DNA of 64,000 nt from Phoronis australis (taxonomy: Eukaryota; Animalia; Phoronida), in assembly GCA_002633005.1 (NCBI GenBank), contig NMRA01000121.1:501018-565017 (forward strand). Direction: 5' to 3'. The notes below the pieces were generated by a model. The model did no database searches. It worked only from the letters and a program-made list of their open reading frames with translations, and had not been told where the DNA came from. This document shows positions 12,413-27,300 of this stretch, piece after piece. Within the stretch, counting starts at the first letter, position 1; each line of letters starts with the position of its first letter. The translations under genes were made by a program, and so were the position numbers.

Positions 12413-15165
12413 CTTTGGCACATTCGTAGATTTGAAGTGATGCCAATGCGTGCGAAAAAATGTCTAACTGAACGGTTAGACGCCGTTCTTGAATAAATAA
12501 CTATCACAGCGTAGGTCAGGGTAAACACACTGCCGTTTTCAGATTTGTTCAATAAATATATTTATTTCAACTACATGTCATTTAAAATATTTGACATTTT
12601 GAATGATATCCGGTTGTGCAGCAAGTGATTTTTCGTAAAAAATTGGAAGGGCCGGGTACGGGGATTTTATTAGTCATGAAAAGATCGACAACGTTTCATT
12701 TATAATTAGTCGAAGCTTCCATCCAATATTCCCACGGTTTAACGATGTTGAGAGACAATGGATATCGATGAATTCTATGTTAGTTAGCAAACTGGGGAAC
12801 AAGAAAAAAGCGATTCAGTTTAGTTAAAAATAACATATCTGTCATTGATCGTTGATTCATAAGAACATTTACAGAAGAAAATTCAATATATAAGATCTAT
12901 TTTGGACCCCAGAACGAGCTAAAATACTTTGTTTCACAGCTTGACGATTTGAAGTTGTTACAAATACACTTTTTATGGCGGAAATTGGATTTTGTAAGAC
13001 AGAACTCAGTTGACGAAGCGGACTGCATGTGAACAATCACTGAATGCTCATATCATCACCAGGTTAAATTCTCCACATTATAAACAGAGTTTTTTGACAA
13101 AGACGTTGTATTTATCGTTTTTATGATCAACTGTGGTACGAAATGTAATCCCGTAGGATTTGTGCGACAAAATTGACTTTTTGCTGTTCTCGATTTACAT
13201 GGGTGTGAAATGTTGGAAAAGGATTGGGATTAAAAGGTGACCTCATTAACTTCTTTTAGGCAACAGAATCCCTTGGCTTCAAAAACGCCACAAATATCCC
13301 ATTTCTGTCAGATATAATTTAAAAAAAAAAACTTTTTATGGTATTTTTGAAAATTATAAACTATGATGCTTAGCTCAATTTCATCATTTTTAAGACAACT
13401 CCTAGTGGAAATCTCGGATTTCTAGCATGTTGTTTCCTTTACCATAGTAACGGATTGATCATGACGTCATTTTCAGAGTCTCTGTCAAGCTACATATTGT
13501 GCATTTTTCAGGCTTTTGGGGACATGAAGATAATTAGTGCAACCGGTCTTGGGATCCAGCTACTGTAATCCATATAGAGATAACAGCAAAATAAGATATA
13601 AGAATGGATCTATTATTATACGTCGAGGCACGTGGCCTCAATTCCCCGGTTTCCCATACATGAATAGTATATAATCATATAAATACCGTCTTACAGTTTC
13701 TGTTGCTTTTTATATTATATTATATTTTACACTACGGTGGTCCTTAATAAAGCGGCTTTTGCCTGTCTCCAAATTAAGTACATAAATACGTCCTTGCTGA
13801 TGACGCGAATTTGGAACTCCTTAACCGTGACAATGACGAAGACATGCAGTGTTGTTGGTCTGCTTTTCGAGCTTGGGGCACTTGTATTTCGGATAAGCAA
13901 ACTGGTTACAAATTTAACAGAGGAATATTCCTCGGTTTTGCAGAGCTAAAGCTCGCACTAGAACTATTTGCAAAAGATTAGGGCCCTAGATTTCATCTCT
14001 AAACTCTGACTCAGACAGAAAATTTAACCGAAGTGCCACCTTAAGTTTGAAAGTTTCATCGAAGATGCTATGCAATTCGTCCAGATATGGCGTGAAAAAT
14101 ATTATTTCTATTGATCTTTCAGATGTCGATGGTAGACTGATGAACACCAAAATGTCTTGAGGTAAAGCATGGTTTCTCTCTCCTCCCTTCGCCGAATTGC
14201 TAGGTTTGATAAAACTATAACTATTTTAGAGAGGTCAAGAATTTCGGTTGTAAATTTCATTATTCTCCAAATTTTTTCAATTTTGTTTAGTGACCACCTG
14301 GAAATAAATTGAAAACCATTTAGTGAACCACTTGTATAGAAAGCCAGAATAAATACGCAAGTAATGAATTACTGCTAAAGCTTAACCTTTAGATACTCTG
14401 CTGATACATGTACAAAACTGATATGGTTCCGCCACAGGCTACTGGGTACTAACCCTGTTTATGTTGTACCAAGTGTAACTACTTCACAAAATAATAACTT
14501 TCTCTGCAAGTATTGCATTCACATGTTTGGACATTTAAAATAAAATGTATACCGGATATTGAAATTTGGAAACCATGCACTTTTGAGTATTGCGATGTTT
14601 GAAAAATATTTTTGTACAAACTGAACTGGTAAAATTACTCGGTTCAATTTCATGACGAAAACAAAAATAAAGTGGCTTAGTTCCCCCTGGCCTGAAGTGA
14701 ACGTGTGAAGGAACACATTTACGAAAACCACTGATTAACATTTATTGCGGTGTCACACCACTCTGGCATGAACAAACCTACGAAAAAAGTCGCAGACCAG
14801 AAAGAAGAACAAGTGTCGGACAGTTGACTAGCAATACGGTCTATAAATATACGTTCTTTCATTTCATTATAGCCGAAATTTAAAAAGGAGAGCTCGTTAG
14901 TCTTTGTGACTGACCACTGCACAGCAGTGAGCGTGTTAGAAAGTCAGAACGTCCGTTTCATTTTGTATGTGTTATTGACATTGTTCATGTTTTCAGAATG
15001 ATGCCAGCGGCTGGTCCAATAATTGCAGGCAGAGGTCGTTCCGGAGAACTAAGGTTTTGACGGAGGAACGTTCACCTTGGGGAGGTGGTTCCACTAACAG
15101 ATTAATTACCCCACATGAGAAGACAATACGAAAAAATGAAAAACGATATTTCCTTTTCCCAATAG

Positions 15166-15171
15166 TTTATT
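15166..15171 (-). promoter_or_regulatory. Polyadenylation signal of the astacin gene
   Basis: AATAAA about 80 nt downstream of the TAA at 15253-15255. Confidence 0.55.
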
Positions 15172-15252
15172 AAGTTAAATAAGTGATATTAAACACGCAT
15201 TTGGATTCCAGGTATCAATTGAAGACTGTCCAGTCATGTCCCCCAGAGAAGC

Positions 15253-15339
15253 TTACGAGCAAGGCCCAGATTTGAGGCTGAGTGAGTCTACAGCGATGTC
15301 ACTTTTATCCGACGGTCCTCTGTAAGCCGTGATTAAAAT
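15253..15339 (-). CDS. MAM domain 2, terminal exon
   Basis: ILITAYRGPSDKSDIAVDSLSLKSGPCS*. Confidence 0.9.
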   Translation of the reverse strand: MLITAYRGPSDKSDIAVDSLSLKSGPCS

Positions 15340-18300
15340 CTGGAAAGCAAGCATGGCAGACACGGCGAAATTTAAGATAGTACAATGGCGGCTTAATATG
15401 CTACCAAACACACAATCCATTGCGGAGTCACACGATGTTATAAGCGAGATTAACAATTCCTGCTGGCAATGGTACTTTTTAATATTAAATAATTTTCAGT
15501 GTTCGTAGTGACTATCATTCTCGTGTGTCGTGAAATTATATATCTTGGAGTTCTTAGAAACGTATCTGCGCTAGATTCGTTTTATGTACTTGTATATTTT
15601 CTTTCAATGCAAAAAATACCTTGAACGCGGCCTTGGAGAGCAAGCTAAATCTCACTGGAATCCACACATTGCCCTGCTTGCCTTCCTTTCTCCAAATAGT
15701 GTTGAACTGGTCATTGGCAACGTCGTGCAGAGCCACTTCCAATAACCCAATGTCATCTCCGTTCATATTATAAGACAAACTGAAGCAGTACGATCCGCCT
15801 ATAACACATACAACATATACAGACACTACATTTTGGATGTAGATAAGCCATGGCAGAATTGCTGCAGCGAATATTTCACAGTATCACGAAAGTTGTTGCT
15901 GATTGGTAATTTGTTAATACCACGTCCTCATTCACCGTGACTCGTCTTCACTCTCCTCATTACTGCGAAGTTAGATTTCAGCAAATGGTGCTGCATTTAG
16001 AAACAGAAGCCAACATTTTAACGACTCAGATGTTGCTTTATGCCTAGAATTCAACAGTTGCGATATCGTACTTGTAATCTTAGAAAGACTGTTACCAATC
16101 TTTCACGGAAGCGCTTCAGTACAAAATACATGTACTGTGATCGCCATGTTTTGTCTGCTCACCTGTTATGAGCGGTGATTCAATTTCGGTAAAGTCGTAC
16201 TCAAATAAGTTTGACCCTGTCATCTCTGCGTAAAGATATCTGGTGCTGCCACCTGCTCCACCATTTGGCCCGGTGTTTTTAGTTGGCGTAGTACCCTAGC
16301 GGCAGGTAATGAGAATCGATATCAATATTACAATGCTCTTGCACCCCTGCGTAATAGTTTAAAGTTTCTTTCTCTCTGTGAAACTGGCTGAGAAATTGAA
16401 ATCAACTTAAGTCTGGAGGGATTTTACTTAACGACAGTAGGCTCGAAAAAGTAGCCTAGGTCGGCAAAAACCAATAAAAGTCGTCTGGATTCACCCATGT
16501 TATGGCGAACACACAAAGGAAAACCACACGACAAATAACGCTAAATCGTGTGCCGGGATTTTTGTTTTAAAATTTCGTCGATCTTCGATGAGAAGTACTT
16601 ATACCAAAGGTGTTTGTTAAGCGACCAACTACAAAACAGACGAAGCCCACAACTCACCCAGAGGTGGCGCTGTGGTCACCAGGCATATGAAGTTAGACGT
16701 GATTGCTTGGTGAACAGTCTAAATTGACGGTACACTCACCGAATTAACTATCCATTTGATTACATTCATTCCAGAGGAAGGGAGCTTCCATTTGCACATG
16801 TCACCATTTTCGAAGTCACATGACACATCGGCTGAGGAAATTGCATGTAGATGTAACTATTTTCAGGAACTCATTAATACAAACGTCGATGAAAACACAA
16901 CTAAATTTTTTGTTTGAAAGCTTGATACAGAGTTGCTTGTAGTGTCGAAACAATCTCCTTTCTTCAGGTGAGCAGCTACATGTACGACACTACGAGCCAC
17001 TCTGTATCAAGGTTCAAACAAAAAGTCTAGTCGTGTTTTCAACGAAGTTTGTGTTAACGAAGGGCTGCTACCAATCTACACAGAACTCGGTAATATTAAA
17101 CATTTTGAAGACTAAGAACATGCCACAGAAATAATACACGAAACAGAATTCAGATATAAATAGGACTTGCGGGAAGTTCACAGTACACGTGCGGCCCTTT
17201 GGATTCCACAGAGTAATAAAACTCGCTCAATTTGTGACCTGTGACACTAGCTTTTGTCCACGGCTAGCGCCAATTAGTATTGGTTACTAAAGTTAAAATA
17301 TCGATATACCGATAATTACTTCGTGTTCTGTCGATGTCGGTTTCCATAATTTACTTGTTTGGATTTTATCAGTCAAATATGAAATCTGCTTCACTATCGG
17401 TAAGGAATCCGATTGAACACGAATTCTTAAACTTTCAATAACCTCACGATACCTCTAATTCAACGCGCTGAATGTAGTTCTTAAACCATTATCTTTTTGT
17501 TCTTAATCAACGCGCGTGAGCTAGATTCTTGTCAGTTTGGCAAGGTCACGCAAACATTCGAGAGATAGCAATATGCATCACAAGCGAGGCAGGTGATCTC
17601 ACTGTCTTTCAATCGTGATCATTGGGTATTACGGAATAGTACCATGTGTACCAGCCGAAAGGAACAAACTTTTGATTTAGATCTCGTTGGTCTCAAATTG
17701 TACCTGAGTAGCCTACGGAAGAACTGATACTCTGCCTTTGTTTGAAAACATGATACTCAAAGCATAAAATGACCCGCCGTGACAAAATAGCTTATCAAGC
17801 TTTATCTCTAGAAAAGGTGCCAGACATAGTCCTTACTTAGTGAAGACGGATTGGTCAATGGTGTTGTTGGTGGTATAGAGCTGGAGACCGATCCACAAGA
17901 GCCAAGCAACATAGAAACTTCATCGAATACAATACCCGACTGATAACTGGCAGTGAAAGTGCCTTCGAATTTTATCTGAAAGACAATGATTTGAAAGGAC
18001 GATCTTAGCGGACGCACGGAAATTCATTGATCAAACAAAGCATGTAAATCAGTGACAAACCACTGGCCCAAAGAAATTTACTTTGACTTTACGCAATTTG
18101 TAAGAAAGAATATACCCACAAAACTAGAAAACGTACCCAAAGCTGCACATTGCTGCGTCAAACTATATCAAGTGAATAATTGATTTCATTGAATCAATTT
18201 TGAGCTTACATGTAGAATCATCTGTAAAGATTGAAAATACTTCGTGTTTCCATGAATTAAATAACAAAGTGTAGAACTGGTCAGCTACTACGTACACTTA

Positions 18301-21300
18301 TCACAATAAAACCCATCATGATTCACTGGAGCTCGATTTGAGGCAAATGCAGATGGACAATCAAAACATACTGGTATTTTACTAACCTTAAACTTCGACG
18401 GAGAGTTAATGGTGAACTCTTCCGACTGCCAACTTGTGCTCTTCTCTCCAGCTGTCGACCACAGAACTTTCTTAACACCTGTTGCCGTCTCTGAGGTCAC
18501 TTTCAGATTTCCTGGATCACTGCCGAACATCACCCATTTGAACTTAAAGCAGTATGTGTTTCCTAAAGGAACGATATAGGCAAGGAAATGTCAGCGTTGT
18601 CAAAGCTGGGCTGGTGAAATCCGAATGCTTAAAAAAGGAGTTTATGAACATATAATATTATTTCACAAATACTATCGACATACTATATTTAATCATTGAT
18701 TTAACACCGATTATGGTCTGAGTATAGTCCACGAATGTTATTTTTGGATCAAGAAGTCGCATAATTCTTATTTATATGTCTTTGATGGAGCTCTTAATAT
18801 CAATTTAAAATTGCGAAGAAGTGAGTTTTATCAACATTTGCACGGGTATGTGTTCCTAATAAGTGAACGCTATTATAACTTCCTTACCAGGAATAAATAG
18901 AGTAGACAAGACCGCAGTTGCTCCTGGTTTTGCTGGGCTTCCCCAGCCGTACACGTACGCTGTTCCGTCTTCATGCTTCCAAATGGAGAAAATAATTATT
19001 GAACTAAAATTGGACCAACTCACCAACAGATATAAATTATAGGTACGGGCCTTGGGGTCACTAATATGACCGCTGAACTAGTTGATGTTGTACAAATATG
19101 CATGCTGAAGTTGTTCCACTACCATGTGTACTGGCGCTTTGGGTAATAGTGTACATGTACGTCACCCCGGGTGCCGAACTTACCAATGTACTTCAAACTG
19201 GCCTGCAACTACACGAGATGTCACGTCGTATGCCAACCTAACTAAACCATTGGTGGGATTATAACATTGTGTTAGGCAGATAAATCATGCAAACCGAACG
19301 TAATGTTTGGTAATCAAAGTTTGATTGTTATCTGCCAGGAGAAGATGGCGACCTCAAGACAACTGACTTTTTTGTTTCCCACTTGTAACAGAATATTACC
19401 TATATTAACTAGCAGAGATGTTTTCTGAAGTACTAGCGTCTGTTAAGTTTAACAAGAACAAACCTTGTACTTGGTCCAGTCGCGATCGTCATCTTTATTT
19501 TGTTGCCAGTGGCAAATTGATCTATCAAAGTTGCAGTTCACCAATTTGTCTACAACATAAATATAGAAACACATTGTTTTGATAGTTATTTTGAAGACGT
19601 TTGTCGAGTTAATGAGCACGTGTGTTCCATCTTCGTGTGCGTAACTTCCCGGTTTAGATGTCAAGTACAAGAAGCTGTCGCCGGCGTAACATGATCTCAA
19701 AAACCTATGAACTTTGATTAAAATCAACTACAACGTAAGAAAGTGACGTCACAGGCAGCGGTCGCTTTGATGCAGTTACGATTTCCACCAGTTCCTTCCA
19801 CATGTGACTTAGGGTCAAATGTTCTATTAAAGTCGATCTCATTTCTTTATTTAAAGAGTCCCCACCATGCATTGCCTTATGGAATGAGCACTGTCAAAAC
19901 ACAGTGCATANGGTGTACGTGTCGTAGCACTCGATCTGGGCCGGGGTCGAGGGTCTGGCATCACTCGCCCTAGATTGGGAGCAGTTTGTGCTTTATTTAT
20001 AAGGTGACAAGTCCTTCATCGTAACGCCGCTTTTGTGTTTGATCGAAACACGATTCCTTGAAATGTGCCGAACAAAGTGTGGCTCTCGACTGATTCGTAT
20101 GTTCCACACTGGCATTCCACACTCTCGTGCATCGCACAAACCGATGCCATTTCTGTGCAACTTTCACGTATTTAAGACATTTGAACACACAGACATCCTT
20201 AATCAAGTTGCTGTTACTACAGCCTCCACAAACGCATCTTTTCATGTCTGAAAAAGGCGTCGCTCCGCGGACTTTCTCCACAACTCCTCATTGTCGCACC
20301 AGTAAAAACAACGGCGGAGACGGTCTTTCACCCATTACGTACAACCGCGATAACAGAAAAATATTATTTAGACTTTTTCGTGTTCCTTAGCAGCAGGTAT
20401 AATAAAGGCTATTTAATATCTTAAGATATTTTAATACAATTCTTTTTGAGACACAGGGTCATGGTGAGAAGTCTTTAATTCTATAATAGGAACACACGTC
20501 TGATCCAAATTTGGACTGGCATGTTAATGTTGCTGTTAAATTACTAAAGGTGAATGTTGGGTTACAGCGACTATAAGTTTTAGTTGTTGATTTCAATACT
20601 TCTAAATTCAAGAGCTTAGCACCTAGGTTTAAAGAACGATATACATCGCTGCCATAACTAGCCGAAACTTATAGGCAGCTTTTGTGTGTGTCTTATGAAG
20701 ACTTAGGAAATTTTGTCGGTTATAAGTCACCATTCATGATTCCAAACTGACATCGCACACTGTATGTTAAAAGTACGTTTTGCGAAATAAGGCTTGCAAA
20801 CACGACGATTTTACTGAGTCAGCAAGCTGCCTATAATACATGGTCGGAAACTGCGAACTGTAAACTACTGTGTTCTTAGGACAGCCCAGACGGATAACTA
20901 CGTGGTGAACAGTCTGTCTCAAGTGAACCAGAGCTGAGTTGACACCCCACGCTTCTAACTCATACGCGTATTATCGCCTTGACGTAAACAGACAAACCTA
21001 ATAAGAGCATGTACTGCCGCTAGAATCGCAACTTACAGTCGTTAAGTTGGTCGCACTGACTTCCGGTGTAACCCTTCAGACACTTGCATGAAGATGACGA
21101 TCCCGATACCTCGCAGGTTGTTCGTGGGCCACATTTTAGACAAGGATCTGAAACAATTAGGAAATAAAAGTTGATCGATCGATATTAGTGTGATGAGAGA
21201 AGCAGGGAGAACAAAATAATATGGCCGTCTCGGATTACTCGACGACAGAACTCTCTTTTGTCCTGGAGATGAGACAGTGCTTGACCTCGTTTTGGAAATC

Positions 21301-24300
21301 AGACACATTTTCGCAGATCATAACGGAAACCGGCGCGGTACCGTCGCAATATTTCCGATTTCAGCCATTCAAAGGTACCGCAATTGAGCTGGTCATTGGT
21401 TTCTTCAAGATAGGGAATTCTGCATTTTCCGTTCAAAATTAATCCGACGAATTTGTTTAACCCACTAGCTGCGTATTTATTTGTCTCTCATTGAGCTCGG
21501 GAAGGCGAGAAACCTCACATTACGCTTCTTCGGGTATTTGCCCAGTTATCAAACTTTTTCAATGTAGAGTTGCAGCCACAGCACGGCCAGTAAAACTTTG
21601 CTAGCATTGCAATTACGAATATGCTGCCGAGAAAAAAATTGCAAAGAATCAGACAACAACAAATAACATGTGGAATTCCAATGACAAAAACGAGGCAGAA
21701 AATGCGCCTGACGGATGTTTTCGTCACTGCGGGTAAATACAGCGAGATTAGAGTGTCGCAGTGAAATCCGGGACGGTCCTATTGCGGGCGGTTTGATACA
21801 TGTTGCCGCTCGACGGGTCCACTGCACTGATCACCTAGAACCAGTTTATGTGTTATTAATATATAGTTAAAACCGAGCTGAACAGCTAGAGACCTGACTC
21901 AAGGATCTAGCAGTGTGGCCCAGTGGCACTAGAAATCTCGACCTTGAGTATGGAAGTTGCCACACTGCCTCCTTCGACGAAAGAAGAAGGTGAACGCATT
22001 GGTTTTGGGAAGGATCGTGAGTAAGTGAACGGGAAAGTCTGAAACGGAATTGGGGTTGATGAGGGGTTAATTTCAAGGGTCAAAATGAGGATCAAAAGTT
22101 CCAGTAGAGGTCTACTGAAAATTATCTGAAGGGTAACACACGTCTTCAGTATCCCAAATCAGTGTTCCCACAAACAGGTTTGACCTCAGGCGTGCTTATC
22201 ATCATCAAAAACCATCCAGCTAAAGATTTTTCCCAGTTCAACTTGATTGGTACAGCCTCGTTATGTGATTTTTATAATTTTGTGTTCCTCCCTCTAACCC
22301 TGAGTCAACCTAAAACCGTGGTGTCAACCAATAATGGAATTATATATTGCTACGTATTTTTGCTGTTTCTGTAATGCAACGGCATAGCGCCAAAATGTAA
22401 GCAACACTCACAGCATCTAGATGGAAGGGCTTCAAACAGGTAAGTAGGTACATGCATTTTGACACTTGACCATATGTTTTATCAACAATTGCTATGCGTT
22501 TCAATATAATGTATGTTGGGCAACAGGATGTTGACGGCAAATATTGTGAGATATACTTTATCTGTGATCGATTCATGCCTGTAGTCAGCTACTGAAACGC
22601 AAGGACAGAAGAGGAACATGTTTTCAGAGATTACTGCAGATAAACGAAAGTGTTTCCATTGACAACATCCGTGAATGTGTTTAATAATAATGATTCATTT
22701 ATTACGAAGATTTACCGGAGCGTTAGTATTGCCGTTATTTCCTTACTCTGCAGTTAAATTTGTGGAGCGATCGTATACGTCAGTTTTGAGCACAAAAAGC
22801 CTTACCGGTTGCTTAAACTCTTTTCAGCTGATCTGAATGCAATGTTTTCCTTCGCATCCAAATCACTGTCCACTCTGTCCATCGCCATCTTGCGATAAAG
22901 CATACTACCAAAAGTAGTGTATTTGTTGTACAAAATGTCAGGAGAGGAGCTAAAATTTCCCTTTACCCAAGTCGTTTGTTGCTCGTGCTGTGAATGAGAA
23001 TCCTTTTCTAGGCGTTCCTCCACCATGCGTATTAAACGTCAGCATTATTTCCTTTGATCTGTGGTCCAGGAAAGTGTGGGCTCTCTGGGGTGCTTTTGTA
23101 AAACTTCCGCAATATCTAAACGATAAATCTTTACAACAAAAAACAACAACAATTACATTATTCTTAGGTCAAATCATCAGTCTATTTTAACTTAATTGCT
23201 GACAATCTGATTGATTTAACAACTTGGATTTTGCTGTTTTGACCAAGAAAATAATACCAGATCCAAAACCGACCTCGGGAGATCTGGACTCCGAGCAATT
23301 TTCTAACTGGGAATTGCAACTGATGACTTACCTTTTCGCGATTTAACTTAAAGTGGCTATAATCTCACGTTCTGTCAAAGAAGCGAGCTTTGCTATCTAG
23401 ACTAGTTGCCGCTATAACATTGATCTCTACTTGTTCCTTACTGTGACGATAGGTGGTGTCTTGTTTCGTAATGAACTCGGACAGTTATTCCTTGAGACCG
23501 TGTTTAGCGCCTACACTGAGTTGCTCTCAAGCAAAATGAACTGTTAGTCCTTATGAAGACATGAAATCACCGCCAATTCCACTACCGAACAATTTGAGAC
23601 AAATTTTATAACGGTATATGGAGCAGCGAAATTCTATTCATTGTCGCTCATTAATTATGTTGTTTCCTAGAAAACATTTGCCACTGGTCACGTTCAAATA
23701 AGCTGTGGCAAGCAGGTGGTAGGGAAGAGCAGGACTACGCGCGTAGGTTGTGAAAACCACGTCTGCTGAAATAATACACAAAACGTACTTAAGTCCTTTT
23801 TGTCCGATAAGATTCGCATTAATTTCCAGACTATGACGGCACCTCCTGCTGGATGGATCCTCGTCAAGTTCGAAATCTTCGAAAGTCAATATAATCCCAC
23901 TGTTAGCTTGTTGTGGTCCCTGAAATGGTTAGCGTAGTGATTGATCATGCTGGTGCTAAGCTATGCACACGGAATGTGAAGAAAGCATGTGTGACCATTT
24001 TTGTGCCCGAGTTACACATCGGATTGGCAACGGAATGTTTATGTGAACAAGATGGCATTAACGGAAATTGCAATGAAATCGACTGCCTATTTAGTATTTA
24101 AACCTAATCAACTCCCTATGTATGACTTAATGGGTCGCCTTTTTTGCCCATGAAATAAAAAAATAGATTTCTTATATGATATTCGGTACTATGTGTGATG
24201 AATCCCAAGCAAACAACGTTAGAGCCATTCATGTAAAGTCACTTACTTTTATGACGTAGACACATATTTTGTTCAGGTCGTAATTGTTGGGGTAGTTAGG

Positions 24301-27300
24301 ACTCTGTATGGTTACTTTGTCCCCGCTGTTTTTCAGTGTAAATACACCTCCACAGTAAGGGTAATCTGAAAAAGGTTCCGAGTCCTTGATTGGTGTCAAG
24401 TGATACGCACATAAGATTGCCTCTCATGCAGAGTTCAACGATGAACTATGAAAAACCAGAAGTTTGCTTTACTCCCAAAATAAAGACGTGTGAAGATAGA
24501 AATATAGCTCGAAGAACAATTTACAAATACTTGAAGGCCCATGTCAGGGGCGGATCCAGGATTTTGAGTTAGGGGGGCCATGGCCCCCTTGGCCCCATTC
24601 GCCACTGCACGTGCTAATCTCTGTAGTCGGAGTGTATTTATGTACTTATACAAAGTAGTTTGCCGAGAACGAATCAGTTTTGATTCTAGTTACGAGTAGT
24701 TATTTTATTACGAAAGAGGTCTGGGCAGAATCACAGTCACATTTAGTTGGTCCGGCTCAAGAAGCCTTGTCAGTGAAGAATTAAGTATGTCTCAGTTTGA
24801 AGGCCTTCCGGTAAATGTTAAAGGTGTGTTCCACCATACATAGCTGCCTAAAAACGGAAATCGAACTACGCCTTTTAGTTACGCATTTGCATTGATTAAT
24901 TATATATGTCCGGAGATCTGAGTACTGGTTGATTTATTATGTTTGTATATGGAGCAACCTACCTGAGACATCTTTGTCAATGACGTCACATTTTCCTGTC
25001 AGACCTTTCGGACATTTACAAATACAGATTCCTCCTTCTTTGAATGGATATCCGTGGTTTTCGCACTGGTTTGTACAGGAACCTACAAACGAACACACGA
25101 GGTTAATTGCTCAGTTCTGTCGCTCCACGTGGAAAATGTTCTATTTTCTAATGCATCCTAAAGCCCTGTCTACACTCTCCAATTTTTCGTATACAACTTT
25201 GTAACTATCGAAATGTATATAAAGTGTCCAAAATTCGTATTCGACTTCTCTAGAATTAATTGAAAAGCGGAGCAAAATCGTGCATGCGGTATTGCTGGAG
25301 CGTTGTGGTGTTGCTGAACGGGAGTATTCATTCACTTCCGCATAGATTTCGTTCACATCCAGCATTTCATAAAGCTTCGTGTCAAAATGCCTGCAGTGAT
25401 TGTCCAGAGATCTCCTAAATCAAACGAAAGCACGGGTGGCGCAACACTGAAAAAAGTAGGGGGTTATATCCCCCGCCCCCTGTGGTGTGCCGCCCGTGGA
25501 AAGCCGGAGTACACGCAGTCATTCAAAAAGTCGAACGGGAACATTTGTCTGCACTTTCAGATTAGTCGTTGCGAAAAATCGGAAAGCGTCTAAGACATGG
25601 CTTAACATCTTAGGAAACAATCTGGAATGCATTTTGTAACAGATGTGGCCTATTTTAGGTCCTATCACCTACTTTGACTTCAGATATTGGCACGCACAAA
25701 CCCTCACTATCATCAATCTGCAGGATATTCAGTCATTCACCACTTTCAGACCTGACTGTCGGTTCATGGTGGATGGATTCGCAACGCAGTCTGCTTTTCG
25801 TATACCAACTTAAGTAAAGGTCTACGATTGTCGATTTCGACTTGTGTCTCGACACAATTTTTCAAACTCAGAACTAAGAGACCAAGAGCACGCACAACGC
25901 AAGAGGTGAGGGATTAGTGAAGAAAAGCGTAGATAAGCAGCCGGCCTGGGTCAACAAGACACTTGGACACAGTGAGTAGATGTTCCAGCCAGGGACTGAA
26001 AGTTGAGATATGTCATAAGTTGGAACCAACGCTGCTGAGTGTTCTGTTGAGATCAGTACATGGCATCCTACCAACACCCACTAACCTGATGACACCGAGG
26101 AAGGATAATGATTGTCTTAAGTGAGGGAATATTGAACAAATTTTGTCGTCTTGTAACTCTTCTCTTAAAGGCGGGCTGCTCACATGGAGACACAGTCAAG
26201 TGCTGCGAGAAGGAACCTGCACCAAGCTAAGAAGATCTCGAAGAGGATCTACACCAAACCTTCATACATAGAGTTCCTCAGACCTGGAGAGATGTGGAAC
26301 GCAAAAGCAACTGAAACCATTGATGTAATAGACATCCTCAGGGCGGCCAGTGACTGAATAGATCGATGAGGAATCACTGTGTGTTATTTTTGACATGATA
26401 CAAATCTCGTGAATGAATCACAAGAGGTATTAACAATGCCCATATGCGCCTATATGTATACCCAAACGACACACCAATGCCAGCGTCAATGATATACAAA
26501 CTCGCATACCCGATGGTAAATTACCGGAGTTAGTAGACAGTGTTTTACAAACCACTTTTACCTTTGCAGTTGTAAAGCAGATTGGCCATCTTTACATCGT
26601 AGAACGTCAGGCCGCTTCGACTCCCAACCAGTTGACTCAGTTCCTTATTCTTCACTTCAATTGTAGGACGGCCATTTTTACTGAAAGCCTGGACAACAGC
26701 AATATTCCAGAAGTTTAACAACAATTTGGTGTTATTTAAAACGCCAATAAACCCGGTTGTGGCTTATAAACAAACAGCTTTCACATTTCTCTGAAATAAA
26801 ATAATGCTGAGCTGAAACCCTTATTAATATTTAAAAGTCTGAAGCATCCTTACGAAGCCTGCTAAACGGCCAACGATTTAGGCAAGTTACGCGACTAATG
26901 TAGAGAGAGACCACCCACCAAGAACCATAATATCCATTTTCCGACGCAGAGAATATTTGTTTTAGTCGAATCCAGTTTTATCACTTGCTGCACCAGGAGG
27001 GGTAGTCAAAGATTGGTTGAAATCGCCCATTTAAATCTGACTTAATTGTGGAAATAAATTATTTAATACTGGGTTGAAAACGGCCTTAAATTTTTATGTA
27101 TAGACTTCAAAAAATGTAAAATTTTCCGAGATAATGAATCCTCTCCATTAGCTCGGGATTGGCATATGGGCCAGGGCAGAGTATTAGCCAGTATTTTGCC
27201 CTTCAGACATTCGCACCCCCGAACTGCCAAATGGAATCTGGGTGAATTTTGGGGGACCTTGGCCCCCTTGCCCCTCCCCCTTTAAATCAGCCATTGGGAA

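Noticed and set aside
19610-19650. Intronic HEDGT resembling the start of exon 18888-18975
   Set aside because: Very short match without splice signals; probably chance
26085-26115. CTGATGA as another hammerhead
   Set aside because: No stem II or GAAA; lies within the HERO-like coding relic
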